Shown one piece after another: positions 54,932-64,000 of a stretch of DNA of 64,000 nucleotides. The notes below the pieces were generated by a model. That model saw nothing but the letters and a program-made list of their open reading frames with translations, made no database searches and was not told the origin of the DNA. A program made the position numbers and the translations under genes. The DNA comes from Sporopachydermia quercuum (taxonomy: Eukaryota). Numbering within the stretch: position 1 is the stretch's first letter; each line of letters opens with the position of its first letter. The DNA lies in contig BCGN01000002.1 in the NCBI GenBank assembly GCA_001599295.1, positions 124,001 to 188,000 on the forward strand. Reading direction: 5' to 3'.

Positions 54932-56857
54932 ATGGCTCCAACACATGCTTTGAGCGATGATAAGGTATGTAAACAAACAAATTGGCTGCTTGGACGAAAT
55001 GATTAACTGGATCTTAATTCGATTGATCAAATTGATTGAACAAAGAAGGAATACTAACAATTTGTTCTTTCTTAAAAGGTCGCAGGAGAACTCCGAAAGA
55101 TGATGGAGTTCATTAAGAAGGAAGCTGATGAAAAGGCAAAGGAAATCCAACTTAAGGTATGTGCGATAGCTTGGAGATTGATTCTTCTTATGGATGTTAT
55201 TTTGCTGACTGGGTGATGAGTCGAAAGATAAAGATAATATATAGAGGATATATGGAAAAGGTTTTGTTTCGGTTTGGTGCAAGATGAATGAAGTAGAAGA
55301 AAGCAAAAAAATAAGAGAAAAACAAAGACACGGAATATTATGAAAAATGCGATCTAGGAGTGTGGTAGTTTGACTTTTCACTGCTTAAAATTTGATAAAA
55401 TGCTAGAACTACAGGTTGACAACAGCAAACTACGCCGAAAAGCACCTGCACCTGCGCCAAATTGTTATTACGTCTCGTGCGATGATATGAGAATATGAAT
55501 GGCAATATAAATGAAACGCCACTACCGTATATGATTGTATTATCGCTGCTATATGAAATGCTTTGTTCAGATATTTTGGCGATGAGATAATTGATGCAGT
55601 TTAACAGTTTGACAGATTGATCTTACAGTCCGATCCTTTGGCATTACAACTTACTATCATAATCTAATAGTATTTCCAGTATAATGAAGACAGTAATAAA
55701 CGACTATTACTTTGATTGCTGTCTAACTGTGCATCTGTCAAACAGTTAACCATCATATTGTACAATTGTACTTTGTTATTACCATAAACTCTCGTTGATT
55801 GACGATGTTTTGAGATCATAATGTATTTGACTATTGGAGATATTTGAAGCGAGGTTTGATACAATTTCGATTCCATTACCGATTAATATTTGCATATCTG
55901 CATATATGAATTTCAAATATTCTCTTGTCATTTATTATCTTGCCAGTATTATCAACATGAAAAATTAAACAAGCACAGACAAAAAGCCAGTGAAAGAGGC
56001 TCAGTTATTGTTAAGTTGAAGTGCAATGTTGCTCAAACTTTAAGTCAAACTGAACAAACCAAAAAAATAAAACCAAGTACCAACACATCTCACATTAAGC
56101 TACAGTTATTTCCTACGGTTATATCTGCTTAAACCTTGTCACTTCGTAACATTTTCAATTACAACTCGAACACAACAGCCTTTTCAATTAACCACCTATC
56201 CCTCTATTTTCCTCTATTTCCTCGTTCACTGATGTTACTACTTTTCCTTTTTCCTTGTACTAACAAATGTTCCAGGCTGATGAAGAATACGAGATTGAAA
56301 AATCTAACATTGTTAGATCCGAAACAGCAGCCATTGACGCTCTATATGAATTTAAATTAAAGAAAGCATCTTTAGCTCAGCAAATCACCAAATCAACCAT
56401 TGCGAATAAAACAAGATTGAAAATCCTTCAGGCACGTGAAGAGATCTTGGACTCTATTTTTGAAGAGGCCGGGGAGAAATTGAAGACTGTCAGCAAGGAT
56501 AAGAAACAGTATAGTACTGTTTTAAAAGGCCTTTTACTAGAGGGAGCTTATGCATTACTGGAACCCAAGATTACTGTGAAGGTAAGAAAAGCAGATGTTA
56601 AAGCGGTAGGGGAAGTAATTCCTGATGTCATTAAAACATATGAAGAAACAGCAAAGAAGCACCTTGAGATTAATGTTTCAGAGAATGAGTTTTTATCTTC
56701 TGAGTCCAGCGGTGGGGTTCTTGTTGCTGGTACCGGAGGTAGAATTGAGGTTAATAACACATTGGAAGAAAGGTTGCATTTACTTGGAGAAGATAGTTTA
56801 CCTGCTATTAGATATAAATTATTTGGTCCTAGTGAGACAAGAAAGTTTTTTGATTAA
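54932..56857 (+). CDS. VMA4: V-ATPase V1 subunit E; exons 54932-54964, 55079-55156, 56276-56857
   Basis: Spliced product MAPTHALSDDK|VAGELRKMMEFIKKEADEKAKEIQLK|ADEEYEIEKSNIVR...NTLEERL...LFGPSETRKFFD. Introns 54965-55078 (GTATGT..TACTAAC..AAG) and 55157-56275 (GTATGT..TACTAAC..CAG). Confidence 0.95.
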
Positions 56858-58568
56858 CGGAGAAAGGAAAATATTTGGAGATTTGATAGAAATTGAAAAG
56901 AACTAAAAGGAGGGAAGAAATCTGAGGAAAGAAATGATTTTGCTGATAATATATGCTGAATATAATTCTGTTATTGTTGAGAACAAATCGATGATCATTT
57001 CTAATAAGGTTAATCAATATGGGGTTGATGAGAGATATTGTTGCTGTTATTTATGCCATCTAATCACTGTATGAGAAAAATTGCAACTATCTCAATGAGC
57101 ATCAATGGCATAAACACATATTTACTATCAATATCACATGTTTCGACATTATTTAGGTCCATAATTTATTATAGGCGTTTAGTTTTCTACCTCTTCTTTT
57201 CATTCTTTTTTCCCCGTTTCAATTCTTTATTGTTTGTGATCCGTTCCTTCTTATCGCGCTTCTGATTATCGCCTATTCTCTGTTCATCAGAATATCCTCT
57301 ATTCTTTCTGTTTGATTGATGGGAAACGTAAAGGAGCATTTCCTGTTGTTTATCTGCTTGAATAAAAAACTTCCGGTATTTTATACATATTTTTGCTTTT
57401 CTAAGTAAACGTTTCCATTTAATCACTGTTACTTTTGANTAAATATGGCGGATTTGTGAGAAATGAAATGTAAACAATAATTGATATGGTTTGCAGTTAA
57501 TTGAATTTACTTCCAAATAGTTGATCAAATTCGTGCATTGATTTATCTTTGTTAACAGTAAATGAAAAAGTCTATACATTAATTGATTTCTGTTCATATT
57601 AATTGAGAAAATCCATGCATCAATTCATTTTCTATATACAGCAACTGCCCTAATGTATTTATTTCAATGATAGCAATGTTTGAGGCAGATGATTAGTAAA
57701 TAGTCACGTGGGAAAGAAAATTCTCTCAAACTCGATCTTCATTTAAGCCAGTTTGCCCCTTCTAAATACTAGACAATATTAATTGATTTCGATTAAAGAG
57801 TAAAATATATTCCTAAATGAATGGTAATGAATAGAAAGTTCGTAGCTATTTGAAAGTGTGAACTGATGTGAATTCAACTGTTATCATTACGGAAATGTTA
57901 CAGATTAATTTTTTGTTATTATCTCCGTTTTGTTTTCGAAGAAAATTCCATTGTTGTGATAATAGATTAAAGTCTGGATTCAATAAGCATTTTCTGTGGT
58001 ACTATTAATGTCGTGAAATTGAATGTGGCTTAAGATCAAGTTAATGATTCGGTTTATACGAATATAAGTATTTGGTTTCATTCCTTTTCATCCATATTCA
58101 GCATGTGAAGTACTTCCAACTCTCTTTATCTCATGTATATCCCGCTTTAAATTGAGGCGCTTATTCTTTGTTTTGAAACACATAATCTCCGAAATGCTCT
58201 ACCCAAATTTTCACTCAAATAATCTCCGCTTTTTCGCTTTTTCATCTCTTCTACTCATTTCACTTACCATCAATCAGGATTATCTATGGAAATGAAATAC
58301 TTCATTCTTCTTATGATTCAAGCGTATTACATTATCGGTAATAGTACTATCTCGCACGTGTAATTCGATTTACGGCAGTAGGTATATGTCAGCCTTCAGA
58401 ATACTTACCAGCATAGTATTACGACATATTTATTTTATTCATCTCTATTATTCATACTGTTCCTTTTCATNTATTTATATCCATTTCTCTACTTTTAATA
58501 CTAGAAAATGACCTACGAGTCCAGTTTAGCTTGGAAGCAGTGAGAAAACAATATTTTCAGTAAAAGAA

Positions 58569-60653
58569 ATGAGGCCTGGAAACAGCATCTGGGGGGGGTT
58601 ATACCAGTTTCCTGTTTCTTGTGTAACTCGAAGTAATAATGTACGGTCTTCATCAGAGATAATACACAGATGCAAGACCCAGGGACGAGTATCATTGTCA
58701 TTGTCATCAAACGGTTGTTTTCCCTTGTTTAACAAGAACAATACCAAATATTATACAAGCGCTAGTATAACTAAAGCTACAACTAGAACAGATGCCTGTA
58801 CAGATAGAGATACAAAGAGTATGCATACTAGAACTAGAAGAAAAAAAGGTACCTATTATGCTTACAGAACATATCAAAACCATGAAACGGGTACTCAGTG
58901 TTTTCACCGGAGCCCAATCACCTTTTGCACTAGATCATTTTTATCATGCTCTACAACCAATAATTCTAACAAACAGCAACATCAGAAACAGCTGCAGAAA
59001 CAACAGAATCAGTCAAAAAACCCTCATAATAGATCAGACTTTATTAATTCTTTAGAACAGCCAGACGTTATATCCAACGAAGAAGATCCTCTGAAGATCT
59101 CACATATGGATAATATAATGAACCATACTATTACAACTTCCTCAGATAATTTTCCAAACTATACCAATACCAACAATGATAACTTAACCGATAACATAGA
59201 GGAAGACTCGAACGATGATGAATCTGACATCACACCTTATCTTGGTGCCGATAAGTTCGTGCATTGCACTATTTTCAATAGTCATGGAAATGTAGCAGCT
59301 GTGTCCAAGAAGATATCTAAAGCCAAGATCCTTAAGCAGTTTGGTTTGTTTGCTCGTGATTTGAGAAAAATCGATAACTCATCTATCGATATTGTTCCTG
59401 CTATAGCTGTTCGGGATACGTGTATAATAGTGAATCTTCTGCATATCAAAGCTATTGTAAAAGAGAATACATTGATGATATTTGATGTCAATAAGCCGGA
59501 TGCTACCAGGAAGCTTAGTTTGTTTATCTATGATTTAGAGAACAAACTGAAATCAGCTAATACAACAACTGGTAATACTTCAGCAACAGGTAATAATGAC
59601 AGTTGGTCGCAGGCTTTCGAACATAAGGTGTTGGAATCAATACTGATAAACATCCTGTCAGTACTTGAAGCTGAGATGATGGAGTTCCAGAACGTTTTCA
59701 CGGAGATATTAGATGATCTGGAAGACCAGTTGAATCGAAATAAGCTGAGAGAACTGCTGATTCGGTCAAAAGTACTTTCTGGTTTCTATCAAAGAGTTCT
59801 CCTCATCAGAAATGTATTTGACGAGCTGTTGGAAGATGACAGTTCGCTCAACAGGATATATTTGACGGAGAACAAAAGGCTGAGAGAGAAAAATGGCCCT
59901 AATAGTTTAGTGTCGAACCATGAAGAAGTAGAGATGATGTTTGAAACGTATTATAAGCAATGTGATGAGGTTGTTCAGAAGTCTCTTTCCTTGCTATCCA
60001 ACATTCGGTCCACGGAGGAGATTGTGAATATTATTCTTGATGCTAATAGGAACTCATTGATGTTGTTTGAACTCAAAATATCTATATATACACTTGGTTT
60101 CACCGTGGCTGCGTTCATTGCAGCCTTGTATGGAATGAATTTGGACATCAGTATAGAACATTGGGATTATGGATTCGCTGTGGTGGCGTCTGGTTCAATT
60201 TTGCTTGCTCTGTTAATAACACGGTTGAATCTGAGACGTCTGAAAAGTGTACAAAGATTGACGATGATGAAGCAGACTAGAACTGCCACTAGGCGACCTG
60301 CTTCATTGTCATCGGTTCCAGTTAGTGGATTGCTTTTAGGTGCTCCATCCAAAACGNCTTCTGGTCCAAGCAGAGCCAGCAAGTTCGTGAGCTCTCTATT
60401 GCCCCGAAGAAAGTATAAGATAGAGAACAAGGAGTTGAATGAAATGATAGACAGGAAGATGCAGAGTATAGCCAATGCAATAGAAGAGAAGTCATATTCG
60501 AATAGTAATGCGCATGATCTGGTTAATAACAAGCATTTGCCTGCTGTGATTGAAAAGAAGGGTTCATTGGTTGACGAGTATCGCAAGAAAGTGAGAGCAG
60601 ATCTAATGACACAAGCTCAGTTGAAAAGGAGGAAATGGATGCTGTTCAAGTGA
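58569..60653 (+). CDS. MRS2: Mitochondrial Mg2+ transporter (CorA/Mrs2 family)
   Basis: RDLRKIDNSSIDIVP, IVNLLHIKA, FEHKVLE, STEEIVNIILDANRNSLML, YGMN signature and two TM helices. The true start within the long basic N-terminus is uncertain. Confidence 0.9.
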   Translation: MRPGNSIWGGLYQFPVSCVTRSNNVRSSSEIIHRCKTQGRVSLSLSSNGCFPLFNKNNTKYYTSASITKATTRTDACTDRDTKSMHTRTRRKKGTYYAYRTYQNHETGTQCFHRSPITFCTRSFLSCSTTNNSNKQQHQKQLQKQQNQSKNPHNRSDFINSLEQPDVISNEEDPLKISHMDNIMNHTITTSSDNFPNYTNTNNDNLTDNIEEDSNDDESDITPYLGADKFVHCTIFNSHGNVAAVSKKISKAKILKQFGLFARDLRKIDNSSIDIVPAIAVRDTCIIVNLLHIKAIVKENTLMIFDVNKPDATRKLSLFIYDLENKLKSANTTTGNTSATGNNDSWSQAFEHKVLESILINILSVLEAEMMEFQNVFTEILDDLEDQLNRNKLRELLIRSKVLSGFYQRVLLIRNVFDELLEDDSSLNRIYLTENKRLREKNGPNSLVSNHEEVEMMFETYYKQCDEVVQKSLSLLSNIRSTEEIVNIILDANRNSLMLFELKISIYTLGFTVAAFIAALYGMNLDISIEHWDYGFAVVASGSILLALLITRLNLRRLKSVQRLTMMKQTRTATRRPASLSSVPVSGLLLGAPSKTXSGPSRASKFVSSLLPRRKYKIENKELNEMIDRKMQSIANAIEEKSYSNSNAHDLVNNKHLPAVIEKKGSLVDEYRKKVRADLMTQAQLKRRKWMLFK

Positions 60654-61162
60654 AAGTTAATGCATTCTATCGTCAGACCTTGGGGAAAAGCAGTGATCCT
60701 GCTGTGCATAGGAAACATAAGGAGAAGCTCTGGAGATGGGTAACTAAAAAGCAATAGAAATGAAAGGAATATGGTGAATGGGAATGAAATGGAATTATTG
60801 ATGTGATAGGGTGTGTTGTTGAAAAGAGTAAGGAGCAGTCGTTAGATAGCATTACGTACTTTCAAAGTTAGTTAACTGGTGTAGAAGGTATTAGACAATA
60901 TAAAAGTAATTACTCATGAAACAAACTACTAATGAAACAAACACCTGTATGTAATTGATTATTAGTTTGTTTTGGTTTCTCATGATGAAATAGTGTAGCA
61001 AATGAGTTTTTGTCAAGGTATGATAGACATATTGACTGTTCGTATGTTTTGCCAAGTCTTTCGTTGATAATAGCTGCTATTATTGTAATGAATGTCAGTA
61101 CCAGTGGTTGTTGTAGTATTGGTATCATACTGTAGTGATGATGTTATGATGGAATTTCTTCA

Positions 61163-62693
61163 TTAAGATAGTGATGTAAATTCATTTATAAACTCTTCAA
61201 ACTTGACTTCCTCATTTCTCTGCGATTCCTCAGTTTCAACATTTGATGTACCATCTACAATCATTCCTTCCATTAAACTACTGAATCCTATATGATTTGA
61301 TGAAAAATCCAGGTCTTTGAGATTGATAGCACTGCTATAAATCATACTAAGATGGGGATATCCTCCTTCTCCTGGTACGAAATCACCACTGGACTCCCAA
61401 AACATGACGCCGCCTAACTTTAGCATCATAACATAATCACATTTCTCTCGCAAGCTGAACAGATTTTCAAACTGAATAATATAATTTCTGGTGGGGTTTA
61501 TAGTGAAGACTGATCTTGTGATAGGTTCAATTGACGCCGGATCACTATTCATTACGATGTCCTTATATCCAGCCTTATCAAAATCTCCTTTGTGTGTATA
61601 AGGAGTGCCAAGAGAGATACTACCACCAAATGAGCGACCATACAAAGGAATNCCTATAACGATCTTATTATGGGGTATTCTCTGAGCAAGTAGTATTTTC
61701 ACTGCAGTATCGACAGAATCAACACAGCTGGTGTCCATGGCTCCTGCTATGTATAAGTTGCTTACTGGTTTCACTGTTGTGCACCATGGTTCAGGTGCTG
61801 CGAAGTCATATGTCATGAGATTCCAGAAATCTATATACTCATCCAATGCTTTAGATTGAAGTTTTTCAAGGTAGAATTGGCTCCCCGGTGCAGCAATTGA
61901 TATTAGAAACCGTTTTCCATATTTCTCGTGCAATTTGTTAAACCCATTACGCAGTAGTCTTACTGCCGATAGAAGTATACGGTTATCTTCTGCTGTTTCA
62001 ACGTATTCCCAGTCGATATCAACACCATCGGCACCGTATTGCTCTAGTACGTTTATAACGGAGTTTACAAAGCTTACTCGCTGGGGTTGTGAATTCAAAT
62101 ATGCGCGGAAATGACGTCTGAATGACCATCCCCCGATAGACAGCATTGTTTTCAAATGCGGATACTTCCGTTTTGCTTGGAATAGCTGTTGAAAATTACA
62201 ATCTTTTCCCATAGGTCCTTTTGTCGTTGTGGCTCCTAGGTCCCCCCAGAGGTCTGATAGAGCTAATTGTCCACTAGGAGCAATATCTAGGAACGCATAA
62301 ATGAGATGAGTAATTTTGTCCAAAGGTAGATTTTTGATATGATGCTGTTTGTAGCGCATCCAGCTAGCATTTGTTAGTATTGTTGAATATGGTGGGATTC
62401 TGAAGTCGAAATGAGAGAAAAGAATAGGAAGCAGCATGGGAGTTCGTGATGAACACTGGAAAAACGAATGTTACCCGTATGTATCTAACAGTGGAAATAC
62501 AATATAGATAGTTGCACATATCAAAGGACGGGACAATTAGCATAAACTTCTCTGGTGGGTTTTCTGGCCCTTGACTATCTGCTTTTCTTCTAATCTCTTC
62601 AACTTTTTCACATGATATTAAATCATTCACACAATCAGCTTAGTATACATACCCTCCATAGTAAACGACTTGTCTGTATTCCGTTTTTGACAT
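61163..62693 (-). CDS. CTS2: GH18 chitinase without signal peptide (Cts2-like); exons 62693-62653 and 62363-61163
   Basis: Spliced N-terminus MSKTEYRQVVYYGG|WMRYKQH..LPLDKITHLIYAF via intron 62652-62364 (GTATGT..TACTAAC..TAG). KTMLSIGGW, DGVDIDWE catalytic motif, NLMTYDF, GGVMFWE. Confidence 0.85.
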
Positions 62694-64000
62694 TGTTATT
62701 GGGTAAAATCACTGATATGTCTTTACTTTGTTTCACTTGCAATTAATCGAAGCTCTGCTGATGACGGTGAGAGGGCGTGAAATAAGACAAATTGGCTCGT
62801 CTTGAAATCCACCTGATGAAGGAAGAGAACTGCAAATACTTGCGAGGCAGTAAATGGCAACAACAACTTTGCTCTCAGAGGCAATACTATTGATTGGACA
62901 GGACTTGTACAGCTGTGATCTGCTTACCAAGAATCAAGATGAACCTTGAAACAATCTTTTTATTCAGCAGTAACTGATTCAGAATTGCGAAACTACTAAA
63001 ATTGCTGTATTCTGTAAGATCAAGTTCGCTAGTGTTCCTATAAGTTATTACAGCAGTATTAGTTGGCAGACACAAGTTACCAGGTAGCCTACTTTCCAGC
63101 AATAGTTCAAGTGCTGGTAAATTACCCCCAGTTATTTACCGCTAACTGACCAAACTGATTGCTAACTGATAAATCAACAAAGAGCTACCTACCTAATAAA
63201 TTATTTATTCTACGAGTAATAAACAGATACAACTACCTAAAGCACCAATCACAATATTCTGTTGCCCTTTTGATTTACCGTTTAAGTAAGTTACACATAG
63301 CAATACTGGCAGTTCAATAGATCAAATCTCAAAGCAAAAAGGAAACCTAGAAGACACTGAAAAGCCAATATTGACGAGTATGTTTATGGGTNCCACTAGT
63401 AATAGGGAAAAAGAATAGGATGTCTTTATTGGCGAGCTTCTTTTGACCGTTGCGAAAATGAATACAAATGATATACTAAGCGAACACAGAAATCCNAAAA
63501 GACTGACACAGAAATAAGGGGAGTAGAGTTTTATATCAAATAGTTTATTTGTGGTTGGAGAACTTAATTTTGAGACATCAATAAGATCGATATAGCTTGT
63601 TTTGAGAGGTTGAGAATGTAGTATATAGGGTTGGAAACAAATTTAATGGTCAACGATATTAACAATTGCTTTGCGTTGTCATTTTAATAGGGAATTTTTT
63701 ATAAAAAATGCTTCTATTTCAAGCGCACATTGAGAGCTTCGATCATTTTTGTATGTTTTCAATGGCAAATAACGTTACAGTTAAGCTTAGTTATATTATT
63801 ATTCTATATTGAGCAAAACGTTAATTCTTCTTCATAAACTTAAAACTCTTCCCTCTACATAATTGCATTTCTCGATTCCTGTCACATTATCTTTATTTTC
63901 CTTTTCCTTTCTTTTCTATTTCTTTTGAATGTCTCTACTTTCCGTCTTTGCTTTTCCTTGTAATATATCTCACATTCTACTTCTCATTATCAAGTTACGG

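Noticed and set aside
54902..56132. ORFs of 159, 70 and 80 aa around 55-56 kb
   Set aside because: They overlap VMA4 exons and introns and have non-coding-like composition.
57703..57930. GTCACGTG followed by AT-rich DNA, resembling point-centromere CDEI-CDEII
   Set aside because: No convincing CDEIII at a suitable spacing, the spacer is not extremely AT-rich, and point centromeres are not expected in this lineage.
58026..58045. GGCTTAAGATCAAGT resembling the U2 snRNA 5' region
   Set aside because: Lacks the GTGTAGTA branch-recognition sequence and the rest of U2.
1..64000. Isolated 'n' bases as possible frameshift or recoding sites; CRISPR, rRNA, tRNA or intact transposons
   Set aside because: The n positions preserve reading frames and look like ambiguous or masked bases. 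I saw no CRISPR array, rRNA, tRNA, LTR pair, RT or DDE catalytic domain.

Overview
Eukaryotic nuclear DNA from an AT-rich budding yeast (Saccharomycotina). Introns use GTATGT/GTAAGT donors and TACTAAC/GCTAAC branch points. CTG encodes conserved Leu positions in Rpt4, so this is not a CUG-Ser clade species. Gene content (DUF2434, NSRP1-like, mitochondrial thiolase, several multi-intron genes) suggests an early-diverging, Dipodascales/Yarrowia-like lineage (inference). About 20 protein genes are recognisable: RPT4 (partial), GCD1 (3 introns), NUP53-like, NUR1, a CofD/UPF0052 gene next to a PYP1-like HAD phosphatase, an OCH1-family GT32, APS1, two convergent KRE2/KTR GT15 paralogs, a TM-RING-H2 ligase, a mitochondrial thiolase, a BED-finger protein, DUF2434, SCD5, NSRP1-like, MIP1, VMA4 (2 introns), MRS2 and a GH18 chitinase (1 intron). 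The most unusual observations are: (1) a ~10.5 kb domain strongly enriched in CCG/CGG that starts mid-gene and ignores gene, strand and frame boundaries, contrasting with CTA/TAG-rich stretches elsewhere; (2) an apparently domesticated hAT-transposase-derived BED gene; (3) a box C/D snoRNA candidate with complementarity to 18S helix 34; (4) three decayed F-box-like gene relics around APS1; (5) the conserved CofD-like/PYP1 gene pair. All calls come from reading motifs by eye; no database searches were run. Scattered single 'n' bases are ambiguous positions.
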